DNA of 64,000 bases from an uncultured delta proteobacterium (GCA_963787125.1 CAWBBV010000007.1:352001-416000); one strand, 5' to 3'; shown: positions 19,702 to 30,215, counted from the stretch's first letter. Notes: generated from the letters alone by a model not told the origin. Made by a program: numbers and translations.

Positions 19702-19730
19702 AGACTACAATGCCCATAACCGGCTGTCAA
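19702..19730 (-). promoter_or_regulatory. Putative sigma70 promoter of rhuM
   Basis: TTGACA-17 bp-TAGTCT on minus strand. Confidence 0.5.
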
Positions 19731-20078
19731 CGATCAAACCAGGCCGGAATTTCGAAGCCTCAGTAGGTTCTTGCTATATGGGACATGATTGAGAAAATTA
19801 TAGTCCCCGCTGGCTTCATGATTAAAATATGCGAAATTCCGGCATGCCGGAATCCGGTGTAACTTAGCGATATTATTGAAACTCACTAGCAAATTTTTCG
19901 GTAAAGCATGGCGGTTTTTCTCAAGAAGGCCACTAAATTCCTCATACCGTTAACAGTCCCATCTTATGGTAAGCCACGTCGCGCAACTTTACATATCAAA
20001 AATATCATCTCCATTCACTCCATTATATGAAAAATTAACGTCTTGACATGCACCTTATATGCTGTATAAACTTTCTTC

Positions 20079-20264
20079 ATGACCGGCAAGCAACTTAAGA
20101 AAATTCTGGAAGAGAATGGCTGGTTGCTTGATCGCATCTCCGGCAGCCATCACATCATGATCCGCGAAGGTTGCCGCTCAATACCAGTCCCGATTCACGG
20201 TTCAACCGACCTGCCCAAGGGGCTTGTTCATGGCATCCTGAAACAGGCAGGGATCAAGGAGTAA
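20079..20264 (+). CDS. hicA: HicA family toxin
   Basis: MTGKQLKKILEENGW...GSHH...PVPIHG...ILKQAGI. Confidence 0.9.
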   Translation: MTGKQLKKILEENGWLLDRISGSHHIMIREGCRSIPVPIHGSTDLPKGLVHGILKQAGIKE

Positions 20265-20269
20265 TAATC

Positions 20270-20686
20270 ATGTTGGCATATGCGGCACAGATAGAAAAAC
20301 AGGATGACAGTTACCTGGTAACCTTTCCGGACCTTGAAAACGTCGTTACCTATGGTGGCACAATTGAAGAGGCTCTCCAGAATGCTGAAGAGGCTCTGAA
20401 CGGCTGTATAGAATCTGATTTTGAAAGAGGGTTTGCTATTTCGTCACCGTCAACCGTTTCGGGTAAGAATATATTCAACATCCCGGTTGCTCCTCATATC
20501 GCAGTAGCAATAATGCTGCGCTCACTGCGTGCCGACAGACCACAAACAGAAGTGGCGCGGCAACTTAACATCTCTTATCAAGTCTATCAAAGGCTTGAAA
20601 ATCCTCGTAAAGCCAACCCCACCATCAAAACCCTGGAGAAAATCGCCCGAGTGTTCGGAAAACGGATCGAATTTGGGTTCGTGTAG
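20270..20686 (+). CDS. hicB: HicB family antitoxin with C-terminal HTH
   Basis: YLVTFPDL..TYGGTIEEA; QTEVARQL...NPTIKTL; ATG 20270 after AAGGAG. Confidence 0.88.
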   Translation: MLAYAAQIEKQDDSYLVTFPDLENVVTYGGTIEEALQNAEEALNGCIESDFERGFAISSPSTVSGKNIFNIPVAPHIAVAIMLRSLRADRPQTEVARQLNISYQVYQRLENPRKANPTIKTLEKIARVFGKRIEFGFV

Positions 20687-20742
20687 ATGATTGTTTGCAG
20701 AGTCGTTGGAAGAGCTGCAATCCCGGAGCACAAACAGCTTTG

Positions 20743-21069
20743 TCAATGATTTGCAGGAACGGGCAGTGCCGAAATAAAATCATGGGCACTTTTCAGGGTT
20801 ATCCCGGAGAGATGCAATCTTTTGTGGCGTGATTTTTGGCCGGAAATGATGGTGACAGCAGATTTGGGGAGCTTGAACAGTTTGGCGAAGAATTCTGCGC
20901 AGAGCCGGTTGGCGGCATCGTCTACAGGGGGGGATGTGACGCGGACTTTCAGCTCATCACCTTGAAAGCCGCAGATCTCTGTTTTGGATGCTCTGGGCTG
21001 GAGATGAATCTTTATGACTACTCCGTCTGGAGCCGCACTGACTGCCCCTTCAGGGATTTCAAGACTCAT
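20743..21069 (-). CDS. yggU: DUF167 (YggU) family protein
   Basis: QPRAS, LKVRVTSPPVD..AN, GQKSRHK. Confidence 0.9.
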   Translation of the reverse strand: MSLEIPEGAVSAAPDGVVIKIHLQPRASKTEICGFQGDELKVRVTSPPVDDAANRLCAEFFAKLFKLPKSAVTIISGQKSRHKRLHLSGITLKSAHDFISALPVPANH

Positions 21070-21512
21070 TCTTCAAGTGTCAGCATTTTCAGGTGACCTT
21101 CAAGCAACGATTTGAGGTTTACTTCAAATTGTAATTTCTGACGCCTTACTTCATGGATCTGATTGTTCAGCTGTACCAGTCGATTTTCAGCATCAGCAAC
21201 GATTTGTTCCCCTTTGAGCTCTGCTTCCGAGACCAGAAGATTTGCTTCTCGCTGGGCGTTTGCTTTCATCTCCTCGGTAATTTTCTGAGCTGCAAGAATT
21301 GTGTCCCGCAGAGTAACTTCACGCTGAGAATATTCCTCAATCTGCAAGGAATTCTTTCTGGCCTGATCTTTAAGCTCAGAGTTCTCCCGTATCAAGGATT
21401 CCATCTCAGAGGAAACCATCTGGAGAAAGGCGTCGACATCGCTGGGGTCAAGTCCCCCGAGCATTTTACCTTTGAACTGCTGCTGTTGAATGTCAAGAGG
21501 AGTTATGTTCAT
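21066..21512 (-). CDS. divIVA: DivIVA domain protein
   Basis: ITPLDIQQQQF...G.DPSDVDAFL; coiled coil. Confidence 0.9.
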   Translation of the reverse strand: MNITPLDIQQQQFKGKMLGGLDPSDVDAFLQMVSSEMESLIRENSELKDQARKNSLQIEEYSQREVTLRDTILAAQKITEEMKANAQREANLLVSEAELKGEQIVADAENRLVQLNNQIHEVRRQKLQFEVNLKSLLEGHLKMLTLEE

Positions 21513-21820
21513 CAGATACCCCCGGTTTTGAGTCTATAACCTATCTCTACAACTGAAGTTACTACGAAACTTTTCAGAAAGTAAATTGCCAGTATTACTG
21601 CCATCGGGGAGAGGTCAATGCCCCCCATGTAGGGCATTTTGCTGCGGATCCGCTCCAAAACCGGGTCTGTAGCTTTATGGAGAAATCTGACTATCGGATT
21701 GTAAGGGTCAGGATTTACCCAGGAGATGATGGCACTGCCGATAATCATGTACATGTAAAGTGTCAGAAGCATGTCGCTGATTTTAGCGATTGAGATGAGC
21801 AGGTTGCCTATAATGAACAT
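21512..21820 (-). CDS. yggT: YggT family membrane protein
   Basis: SWVNPDPYNPIVRFL..TDP..IDLSP. Confidence 0.92.
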   Translation of the reverse strand: MFIIGNLLISIAKISDMLLTLYMYMIIGSAIISWVNPDPYNPIVRFLHKATDPVLERIRSKMPYMGGIDLSPMAVILAIYFLKSFVVTSVVEIGYRLKTGGI

Positions 21821-21948
21821 CAAAAACCTCTTTTAAACTATTGATGATCCTATATACAGCAGCCGCATGCCGGAGTCAAGCAAGGTAGGGCGGTAAGCGA
21901 CAAGTCCCCCGAGGTTCGAATCTCCCAGGAGAGCCGTGACGGAAACTT

Positions 21949-22650
21949 TTACAGGCGAGTAAGGTAGCCTGCCATATTTGCAGCCATTGAATCTGCGCTG
22001 TTTCTGTCATTATTGAAAAGCAGATGGTAGTAATGGATGTCATTAACATCTTTGTCGAGAAAATCCCGAACGAATTTTTCCCGTGCCTTTTGGCGGGTTT
22101 CTATCATCAGCAGAGCTTCCGCAGGACTGACCTTTGCTCTCTGGGCAATCGAGCTCACCTTGAACTCCTGTGAACCGAAAATCCTGAAATGGTGGCAGTT
22201 TTTCATGGATTGGGTAACAATTGCTCCCCCTATGCCGACAATGATTGCATTGCCCCCGGAGGCGATAGCAACGATCTTCTGGGCAAGCAGCTGGAAATGA
22301 TCCCGCTCATTCTTCCATTTCGTCGATAGTGAGGAGAGCATGTCGTCCAGCCAGCGGGGCCGGCTGCCAAGATTATGGAGAATGTCTGCATCGAGATCAT
22401 GGCGACGGGCGATTTCGTCAATCAGGGTTCTGTCTACGAGTGCCCAGGGTTCGCCACTCTGCTCTTCGAGGATTTTTTTTAGCTTCTCGCCGGTTGGATA
22501 AGCTTCGCAGCCAAACTCTCTCGAGATGGTGACAGTTAATTTATCGATATTATTGCCGGCCATCTCCCCGGCTATTTTTGCCCGCCGGCTCACCTCTAAC
22601 AGTACGCCGAGTCTATTTTCTATTGACGGCACTAGAAATTTGTCTGTCAT
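21949..22650 (-). CDS. Cytidylate kinase-like family protein
   Basis: VTISREFGC, NAIIVG, YYHLLFN. Confidence 0.8.
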   Translation of the reverse strand: MTDKFLVPSIENRLGVLLEVSRRAKIAGEMAGNNIDKLTVTISREFGCEAYPTGEKLKKILEEQSGEPWALVDRTLIDEIARRHDLDADILHNLGSRPRWLDDMLSSLSTKWKNERDHFQLLAQKIVAIASGGNAIIVGIGGAIVTQSMKNCHHFRIFGSQEFKVSSIAQRAKVSPAEALLMIETRQKAREKFVRDFLDKDVNDIHYYHLLFNNDRNSADSMAANMAGYLTRL

Positions 22651-22804
22651 TAAAGCCCCCTTCCAATCATTCATCCTGTAGTTGCAATTATGCCTGTCGA
22701 TTTGATCGAGTCAAGCGGTGGGCGAGCATTTTTAAATACCGTTATGATTGCCTTTGAGGCTTAAAAAGGTATAATTCCAAACATTAGTGCGAAGGGAGGC
22801 CTCA

Positions 22805-23185
22805 TTGATTCTCGGTACCGGTATTGATATCGCGGAGATAGCCCGTTTTGAACGTTTTGTGAAAGAGGATAATCAGCCGCTTTTCAGAAGGCTTTTTACT
22901 CAGTTAGAGCTTGATTACTGTTTTGCAAAGAGGTTTGCAGCCCATTCTCTGGCGCTGCGTTTTGCTGCCAAGGAGGCATTCCTGAAAGCCCTTGGCACCG
23001 GGCTACGTGACGGTATAAGCTGGCTCGACATTGAAGTCAGCAATGATGATCTCGGTAAACCTCACCTGGGTGTGTCGGGCAAGGCTGCTGAACAACTGGC
23101 AAAAACAGGCGCGGAAAAGAGCCATCTCTCTCTTTCGGATGATGGCGGTTTTGCCATAGCCATGGTGATATTGGAGGGGAGATGA
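22805..23185 (+). CDS. acpS: Holo-ACP synthase
   Basis: GTGIDI, RFAAKEAFLKALGTG, LSLSD; TTG start after GGGAGG. Confidence 0.94.
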   Translation: MILGTGIDIAEIARFERFVKEDNQPLFRRLFTQLELDYCFAKRFAAHSLALRFAAKEAFLKALGTGLRDGISWLDIEVSNDDLGKPHLGVSGKAAEQLAKTGAEKSHLSLSDDGGFAIAMVILEGR

Positions 23186-24753
23186 AAGCGGTTACTGCGA
23201 GAGTTATGCAGGCGCTTGATCGCCAGACAATCAATGACTACGGCATCTCCGGCTTTGAGCTGATGGCGCGGGCCGGCGCTAACGTCGCAGCGATCATCAT
23301 GGCTCGCTATTCATCTTCAGGAAGTCGTTCTGTGCTGATTCTTGCAGGCAAGGGCAACAATGGTGGCGACGGCTTTGTTGTCGCGCGGCGGTTGGCAGAA
23401 GCCGGCTGGCAGGTGACTCTGCTGCTGTTTGCCGAACCTGAATCTCTCTGCGGGGATGCAAAGGCCCATTACGATCTGATCCATTCTGCTGTAGACCAGC
23501 GGCACTTTCACAAGCTCACACATGCTGAAGTGAGCAGCTTGCTCCTGGACTCGGTTGTTGTCGTTGATGCTCTTTTTGGAACCGGCCTGAAGAGCGGACT
23601 CACAGGTAGCTATGCCGAAGCGGCAAGGCTTGTCAACGCCGGCGGCAGGCCGGTTGTCGCGGTTGATATAGCTTCCGGGGTTGATGCAACTTCCGGAGAA
23701 GTTCCTGGCGAAGCGCTGAGAGCAGAGATAACGGTAACTTTTGGCGCGGCAAAGATAGGGCATTTTCTTTACCCAGGGGCAGAGTCCCTCGGCGAGTTAA
23801 TTGTGACAGATATAGGTATCCCTTCTGACCTGTTGGCCAAAGTCCCGTTTGTCGAAATTATTGACGAAAAATATGCTGCAGGACTTGTAAAATTACGTAA
23901 TAGAACTGCTCACAAGGGGAGCTGTGGTCATTGCCTCATCGTTGCCGGTTCCCGAGGCAAGAGCGGCGCTGCCGCAATGACCGCAAACAGTGCCATGCGC
24001 AGCGGCGCAGGCCTGGTGACACTGGCAGCCCCTTGCGGAATACACTCTGTCCTGGAGATGAAAACGACTGAAGTGATGACGGTGCCGCTGTCTGAGAGCC
24101 CTGGCGGCACTCTGGCGTTTGATTCTCTGGCTGAGATAACAAGGCTCTTTGCGGGCAAGAATGCTGCTGCCATAGGTCCGGGGCTTGGTCTTGACGAAGA
24201 GACTGTGGCGGTTGTAAGGAATGTGCTCGCTTTTGTCAAAATTCCGCTTGTTCTTGATGCTGATGCGCTCAATGCTGTGGCAGAAGATATCTCTTGCCTG
24301 CAAGTTTCTTCATCACCTGCGCTCGTGTTGACTCCGCACCCCGGTGAGATGGCAAGGCTTGCTTCTGCGGATATTGCAGAGATTGAGTCGGACCGGCTTG
24401 AGGCTGCAAGGAGTTTTGCCACTGATAACGGTTGTTATCTTGTTCTGAAAGGGGCGAGGACAGCGATTGCTGCTCCGGACGGGAGGCTGGCGATCAATTT
24501 AAGCGGTAATCCCGGTATGGCATCAGGCGGAATGGGGGATGTCCTGTCAGGAGTTATTACAGCGCTCCTGGGACAAGGGTACGAGCCTTTTGCTGCCTGC
24601 TGTCTCGGTGTATTCTGTCACGGCCTTTCCGGGGATATGGTGGCGGCTGAAAAAGGTGAAGTCGGCCTGATTGCTACTGATGTTCAGGCGATGTTGCCGT
24701 ATGCGATTAAAAAACTGGCGGAAAATCAGACACGTTGCTTGGATTGCCGCTAA
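23182..24753 (+). CDS. nnr: Bifunctional NAD(P)H-hydrate epimerase/dehydratase
   Basis: GKGNNGGDG, DALFGTG, LTPHPGEM, GGMGDVLSG. Confidence 0.94.
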   Translation: MKAVTARVMQALDRQTINDYGISGFELMARAGANVAAIIMARYSSSGSRSVLILAGKGNNGGDGFVVARRLAEAGWQVTLLLFAEPESLCGDAKAHYDLIHSAVDQRHFHKLTHAEVSSLLLDSVVVVDALFGTGLKSGLTGSYAEAARLVNAGGRPVVAVDIASGVDATSGEVPGEALRAEITVTFGAAKIGHFLYPGAESLGELIVTDIGIPSDLLAKVPFVEIIDEKYAAGLVKLRNRTAHKGSCGHCLIVAGSRGKSGAAAMTANSAMRSGAGLVTLAAPCGIHSVLEMKTTEVMTVPLSESPGGTLAFDSLAEITRLFAGKNAAAIGPGLGLDEETVAVVRNVLAFVKIPLVLDADALNAVAEDISCLQVSSSPALVLTPHPGEMARLASADIAEIESDRLEAARSFATDNGCYLVLKGARTAIAAPDGRLAINLSGNPGMASGGMGDVLSGVITALLGQGYEPFAACCLGVFCHGLSGDMVAAEKGEVGLIATDVQAMLPYAIKKLAENQTRCLDCR

Positions 24754-24799
24754 TCAGGACCCTCTCAAGCGCTCAACATGATTCACACATGGAGGTATT

Positions 24800-25249
24800 A
24801 TGCTTAAAGTTAAGGATATTATGACGAAGGATGTTGTTACCGTTACCAAAGAGACTACCGTGATGGAGCTGGCGAAAATCTTTGCAGAGCGGCACTTAAG
24901 CTCTCTGCCAGTGCTGGATCAGGGCGGCGAGTTGATCGGGATGGTTACCGAAACAGATCTGGTTGAGCAGGATAAAAATCTCCATATCCCGACAGTCATT
25001 TCTATTTTTGATTGGGTAATCTATCTGGAGAGCGACAAAAAGTTTGAGAAAGAGCTTAAAAAAATGACCGGCAGAAGTGTCGGCGATATCTACTCGGCTG
25101 ATATTGTGACTGTTTCCCCTGAAACGGCTATTTCTGATGTGGCTGATCTGCTTAGTAGCAGAAAAATTACAGCTCTGCCGGTTGTTGAAGGGACGAAGCT
25201 TGTCGGCATGATCTCAAGAATCGATCTTATCAGGTCGATGGCCGGATAA
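24800..25249 (+). CDS. CBS domain pair protein
   Basis: Two CBS repeats (VKDIMT...LPVLD...GMVTETDL; LPVVE..LVGMISRIDL). Confidence 0.9.
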   Translation: MLKVKDIMTKDVVTVTKETTVMELAKIFAERHLSSLPVLDQGGELIGMVTETDLVEQDKNLHIPTVISIFDWVIYLESDKKFEKELKKMTGRSVGDIYSADIVTVSPETAISDVADLLSSRKITALPVVEGTKLVGMISRIDLIRSMAG

Positions 25250-25252
25250 ACG

Positions 25253-25714
25253 ATGCAGTTCCTTTCCGATTCACCCGAAATTACTGAGAGGTTTGCCGCC
25301 AGAGTCGGGGCGCTGCTTTTACCGGGTGACTTCATATCTCTTTGTGGTGAACTCGGTGCCGGCAAGACCAGATTCGCCAGCGGTATAGCATCCGGGCTTG
25401 GTGTCGACCCGAACACCCTTGTTACCAGCCCTACCTATACGTTGCTGAATATTTATCAAGGGCGGCTGCCCCTTTATCATTTCGATCTTTATCGGCTCGG
25501 GGGTGATGACGATGTTGCAGAACTCGGCTTTACTGAATATTTTTCCGCTAACGGAATCTGTCTCGTAGAGTGGTCAGAGCGGCTCAACAGGGAACTTCCC
25601 CGTGACAGGCTTGAGATTCATTTAACTTATGCAGGCGAGTTTAGCCGGAGTATAGAGTTGCTGGCCAATTCGCCAAGATACGAAAGTTTAATCAAACAGC
25701 TCTTCGTGAATTGA
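25253..25714 (+). CDS. tsaE: tRNA t6A biosynthesis ATPase TsaE
   Basis: GELGAGKT, VTSPTYTL, HFDLYRL, VEW. Confidence 0.95.
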   Translation: MQFLSDSPEITERFAARVGALLLPGDFISLCGELGAGKTRFASGIASGLGVDPNTLVTSPTYTLLNIYQGRLPLYHFDLYRLGGDDDVAELGFTEYFSANGICLVEWSERLNRELPRDRLEIHLTYAGEFSRSIELLANSPRYESLIKQLFVN

Positions 25715-25850
25715 TAAAAAAGATTAAAATTGTAGAATTCTTTTGACCCGCTGCTTGTTTCTTGATAAAAATTCCACTTCCACATAAGCTGCCATCGACA
25801 CAGCTTTGGTGGCGATTTAAAGTAACTAACTTTCAGGGAGGGTCAGACTA

Positions 25851-27068
25851 ATGGCTCTGGTTGTTCAGAAGTATGGCGGCACCTCAATGGGGACCATTGA
25901 ACGGATCAAGAATGTTGCCCAAAGGGTTGCCAAGGGTTTTGACGAAGGGAACGAAATGATCGTTGTCGTTTCGGCTATGTCCGGCGAAACCAACAAGCTT
26001 GTTGCTCTTGGGAATGATACCTGTGAATTCCCGGATCTTCGCGAATATGATGTTCTTGTTGCCGCCGGCGAGCAGGTGTCTATTGCTTTATTGTCAATGA
26101 CACTTATCGGTATGGGCTACAAGGCCAAATCATATCACGGCTGGCAGGTTCCAATCATTACTGACAGCGTCAGCAGTAAGGCGAGAATCGAAGAGATTCC
26201 TGATACAAATGTCAGGGCCGATCTCAAGAACGGCATCATTGTTATTGTGGCCGGTTTCCAGGGGATAGACCGTCAGGGGAATGTAACCACCCTCGGTCGC
26301 GGTGGTTCCGATACCTCGGCAGTTGCCATGGCTGCTGCTCTCAAGGCGGATGTCTGCGAAATATATACAGATGTTGACGGTATTTACACAACCGATCCGA
26401 ATATCTGTGCTGATGCCCGCAAGGTCGAAAAAGTCTCCTATGATGAGATGCTGGAGCTTGCCAGTCTTGGCGCCAAGGTTCTGCAGATCCGTTCGGTGGA
26501 GTTTGCCAAGAAGTACAATGTGGATATTCATGTCCGCTCAAGTTTCAATGATAATCAAGGGACTATGGTCACCAAGGAGGATAAGGAGATGGAAGCTGTT
26601 CTCGTTTCAGGAATCGCTTATGATAAGAATGAGGCAAAAATTGCGGTCATGAATGTGCCCGATAAACCTGGAATTGCTGCAAAGCTGCTAACACCGCTGT
26701 CAGATGCTAATATATCCGTTGATATGATAGTTCAGAATGTCAGTATGGACGGTTTCACAGACTTCACCTTCACCGTTACCAAGGCAGATTTCAAGAAGGC
26801 TTTGCAGATAACCGGCGAGGCCGCAAAGGGAGTTGATGCAAAGGATGTAATTTCTGACGAGAATGTCAGCAAAATTTCGGTCGTTGGCGTTGGGATGCGT
26901 AGCCATGCCGGTGTTGCCACCAAGATGTTTCAGGCTCTGGCCGGCGAGGGGATTAATATCCAGATGATCTCAACTTCGGAAATCAAGGTTTCTGTTATTA
27001 TTGATTCTAAATACACAGAGCTTGCTGTTCGCGTTCTGCATGATTCCTTTGGAATGTCAGGTAAATAA
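25851..27068 (+). CDS. lysC: Aspartate kinase
   Basis: [17 protein letters not shown], two ACT domains, STSEIKVS. Confidence 0.96.
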   Translation: MALVVQKYGGTSMGTIERIKNVAQRVAKGFDEGNEMIVVVSAMSGETNKLVALGNDTCEFPDLREYDVLVAAGEQVSIALLSMTLIGMGYKAKSYHGWQVPIITDSVSSKARIEEIPDTNVRADLKNGIIVIVAGFQGIDRQGNVTTLGRGGSDTSAVAMAAALKADVCEIYTDVDGIYTTDPNICADARKVEKVSYDEMLELASLGAKVLQIRSVEFAKKYNVDIHVRSSFNDNQGTMVTKEDKEMEAVLVSGIAYDKNEAKIAVMNVPDKPGIAAKLLTPLSDANISVDMIVQNVSMDGFTDFTFTVTKADFKKALQITGEAAKGVDAKDVISDENVSKISVVGVGMRSHAGVATKMFQALAGEGINIQMISTSEIKVSVIIDSKYTELAVRVLHDSFGMSGK

Positions 27069-27102
27069 TTTCATTTTCCTTATTGGATATTTTTGAAGTT
27101 CG

Positions 27103-27137
27103 AGGGCGTGGTTGAAACTGTCAATCACGCCCTTTTT
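27103..27137 (+). terminator. Intrinsic terminator after lysC
   Basis: AGGGCGTGGTTGA/TCAATCACGCCCT stem followed by T run. Confidence 0.8.
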
Positions 27138-27328
27138 CCGTCTTACTTGAATCTTAAGTATCAGTAAGGTTATGCGGCTAATAATTTATCGCTGCTAAAT
27201 TTACATGTAATATTTGGAAGAAAAGCCATTCAGGCTAATTTCACTGTTGAAAAGTTTCGAAAATCGTTATAGAAATATCAGCTCTAACCGTTATCAGGGT
27301 TATATTCTTATCTGCAGGAAGGTGAACC

Positions 27329-28913
27329 ATGAGTCTAGTGAAGCTTTACGATACAACTCTACGTGACGGCACCCAGTCCGAAGACATTTCGTTTCTCCTT
27401 GAAGATAAGATCAGGATTACCCACCGCCTTGATGAGGCGGGTATTCACTATGTAGAAGGTGGCTGGCCTGGGAGTAACCCCAAGGATGTTGCCTTCTTTA
27501 AAGAGATCAAGAAGGAGAAGCTGCAGCAGACGAAGATTGCTGCCTTCGGTTCAACCCGCCGGGCAAAAGTCACCCCGGCCAAAGATCAAAATATCAAGTT
27601 ACTGGTTCAGGCTGAGCCTGATTGCATTACTATTTTCGGCAAGACCTGGGATTTTCATGTTCGCGAGGCGTCTACGGATCTCCCTGGAAGAGAATCTGGA
27701 GCTGATTCATGATTCCCTCGCCTATCTTAAGGCTCGGGCACCGGAGGTGATTTACGATGCGGAGCATTTTTTTGACGGCTATAGAGCTAATCCGGACTAT
27801 GCCATCAAGACCCTTTTGGCGGCAGAGGCAGCCGGTGTTGATTGCATAACCCTTTGCGATACCAATGGCGGTAATCTCCCCTATGCGATTGCCGACATCA
27901 TCGATCAGGTTAAAAAGAAGATCAAGACTCCGCTGGGTATTCATACCCATAATGACAGTGAATGCGCTGTGGCCAATACCATCATGGCTGTAGAACATGG
28001 GATAGTCCATGTGCAGGGGACTATCAACGGTTTTGGTGAAAGGTGTGGTAATGCCAACCTCTGTTCCATTATCCCGGCGCTGAAGTTGAAGATGAAGCGC
28101 GACTGCATCACCGATGAGCAGCTTCGCCGTTTGCGGGATCTGTCCCGCTATGTTTATGAGCTGGCGAACTTTGCTCCGCCCAAGCATCAGGCGTATGTAG
28201 GCAACGCTGCTTTTGCCCACAAGGGTGGAGTCCACGTTAGCGCCATTCAGCGTCACCCGGAGACTTACGAGCATATCAGGCCCGAGATTGTCGGGAACAC
28301 CACTCGCGTTCTTATTTCCGACCTTTCCGGCCGAGCCAACATTCTTGCCAAGGCAGCCGAGTTCAATATTAATCTTGATAGCAAAGATCCGGTGACTCTG
28401 GACATTCTTGACAATATCAAGGAGATGGAGAACCGTGGTTATCAGTTTGAAGGCGCGGATGCAACCTTCGAATTGATGATGAAACGTGCTCTTGGTACCC
28501 ACAAGAAATTCTTTTCGGTAACCGGATTCAGGGTTATCGACGAGAAGCGCCATGAAGACAAGCAGCCGGTTTCTGAAGCTACAGTAATGGTAAGGGTCGG
28601 GGGGAAGGTTGAACACACGGCAGCCGAAGGTAACGGCCCTGTAAATGCCCTCGATAATGCGCTTCGTAAAGCGCTTGAGAAGTTTTATCCCAAGCTTAAA
28701 GATGTCAAACTGCTTGACTATAAAGTGCGAGTCCTTCCTGCCGGCCAGGGGACAGCCTCTTCCATCCGTGTCTTGATTGAGTCGGGTGATAAGGAGAGTC
28801 GCTGGGGGACCGTCGGTGTTTCTGAAAACATCATTGAAGCCTCTTATCAAGCGTTGATTGATTCAATTGAATTCAAACTGCACAAGAGTGAAGACGAGGT
28901 CACAAAGAGTTGA
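27329..28913 (+). pseudogene. cimA: Citramalate synthase CimA, frameshifted near 27671 (real lesion or sequencing error)
   Basis: [10 protein letters not shown]...[10 protein letters not shown] in one frame continues as LRISLEENL...[21 protein letters not shown] in another; one extra base in GCG-TCTA-CGG. Confidence 0.88.
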
Positions 28914-29461
28914 GCAGCAGACGCTGGCGACTCAGCGTATATTTGCTTGTTGCACTGATTTCCGTGCCGTTGTTTAATAAAAGCCGGGCTCTTCCTGAAA
29001 AGTGGAGTCCGGCTTTTCTGCGTTTTACGACCGGATCTGTTCTGGTTAAAGTGAAAGGTGGTGAGGTGAATGGTGGGGTCTATCGGATTTTTGACGGTGA
29101 AACTGGCCCTGATGTCAAAAAAATGACACTAAGCGGTGTTGAGTATAATCTGAAGAGCAACACATCAGTCAATCGCCAACTTAAAGATGGGGCTGTGCTG
29201 GAGGTCTCAGGAGAGACTCTCAGGATTACAACCGAAAGGATGACTGCTGTTGAGTTGATTATGCTCGGGATTCCGCTTGATCCAAGCTCAATGTCAACTG
29301 CTGACTGGGGTTCACTGCCAGGGATAGGCCCGGTTCTGGCGAGTGAAATAATCGAGTATCGTCAAAAAAATGGCGCAATTTCTTCCCTGGAGGAGCTTGG
29401 AACCCTCTCCGGGCTAGGGCCAGGGAAGTTGAAAAGAATCAGGCCATTTTTTTACAAATGA
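28910..29461 (+). CDS. ComEA-like helix-hairpin-helix membrane-anchored protein
   Basis: N-terminal [12 protein letters not shown] and LSGLGPGKL HhH motifs. Confidence 0.8.
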   Translation: MSSRRWRLSVYLLVALISVPLFNKSRALPEKWSPAFLRFTTGSVLVKVKGGEVNGGVYRIFDGETGPDVKKMTLSGVEYNLKSNTSVNRQLKDGAVLEVSGETLRITTERMTAVELIMLGIPLDPSSMSTADWGSLPGIGPVLASEIIEYRQKNGAISSLEELGTLSGLGPGKLKRIRPFFYK

Positions 29462-29605
29462 TAACATGCTGTAATGTGGCGTTTTTTTAGAATTGAATTG
29501 GCCGGGATTAATTGTAAGACTCTTTTTAGCAGCTGACGGCACACTTGATGTATTACAATTGCTCACTTAGTCGTACAGCAATTTAATCCAGCAGGGGGGG
29601 GCTAT

Positions 29606-29752
29606 ATGAAGTGTCCAAAGTGTAGAGGAAGAATGTATGCCGAGAAATATTACGATTTTGTCCGCTCTTTTGACGCTTGGAAATGTACCTGCTGCGGAGA
29701 GGTTCTTGATTCAACAATTATAGCCAACAGGATGAGAAATCTGTCCTCTTAA
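29606..29752 (+). CDS. 48-aa double-CXXC (zinc-ribbon-like) small protein
   Basis: Hand translation MKCPKCRGRMYAEKYYDFVRSFDAWKCTCCGEVLDSTIIANRMRNLSS; G-rich RBS; terminator downstream. Confidence 0.75.
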   Translation: MKCPKCRGRMYAEKYYDFVRSFDAWKCTCCGEVLDSTIIANRMRNLSS

Positions 29753-29783
29753 AGAAACTGAATTTTTGACAGGTAAGTGAATC

Positions 29784-29812
29784 AGAGGGGGGCGGAAACG
29801 CTCCCTTTTTTT
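29784..29812 (+). terminator. Intrinsic terminator
   Basis: AGAGGGGGGCG-GAAA-CGCTCCC followed by T7. Confidence 0.8.
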
Positions 29813-29844
29813 AATTACATCTCAGGATGAGTAAGGTGGCGTAG

Positions 29845-30215
29845 TTACTCAGTAATGAGCAGGTTGAGCTTCCGTGCCAGCCAGCGGGTAGTGGTTGCCT
29901 GAATGATAATAGTCATCAGTATGGTAATGAAAGTAATAGAAGCGATGATCTCTGCGCCTGGCACTCTCATCCCCAGAAGGATGCCGGCAAGGGCTCCGGG
30001 GATTACCCCCGTTTCGCGGGTTCAACAGATAAAAGCATCTCTTTAATGCTCCATTTGGCGCGACGATCCGGAAGGGCACAACAGAAGACGGTCACAGGTC
30101 TGGCAATAAACATGAATACTAATACCAACGCTACACCTCCCCAAAGATATTTCCCCATCAAGCTAAAGTTTACCTGACTTCCCAGCAAAATGAAGATGAA
30201 CATCCTCATAATCAG
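29845..30215 (-). pseudogene. 3' remnant of NhaP/CPA1 cation:proton antiporter
   Basis: LIMRMFIFILLGSQV...ARPVTV...W.IKEML, frameshift near 30031, in-frame TGA at 30022-30024, then TRETGVIPGALAG...IQATTTRWLARKL*. Confidence 0.8.

Noticed and set aside
21880..21945. GGTTCGAATC T-loop-like motif suggesting a tRNA
   Set aside because: No 5-bp T stem, acceptor stem, anticodon arm or CCA could be built
25715..25850. Lysine riboswitch upstream of lysC
   Set aside because: Leader too short and no L-box conserved elements seen
27660..27680. Programmed ribosomal frameshift in cimA
   Set aside because: No slippery heptamer or homopolymer at the junction
27672..28850. 392-aa antisense ORF opposite cimA
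   Set aside because: Antisense shadow of a conserved gene; no recognisable motifs
30022..30024. In-frame TGA in the antiporter remnant as possible selenocysteine
   Set aside because: Appears to correspond to Trp, sits beside a frameshift, and the gene is 5'-truncated
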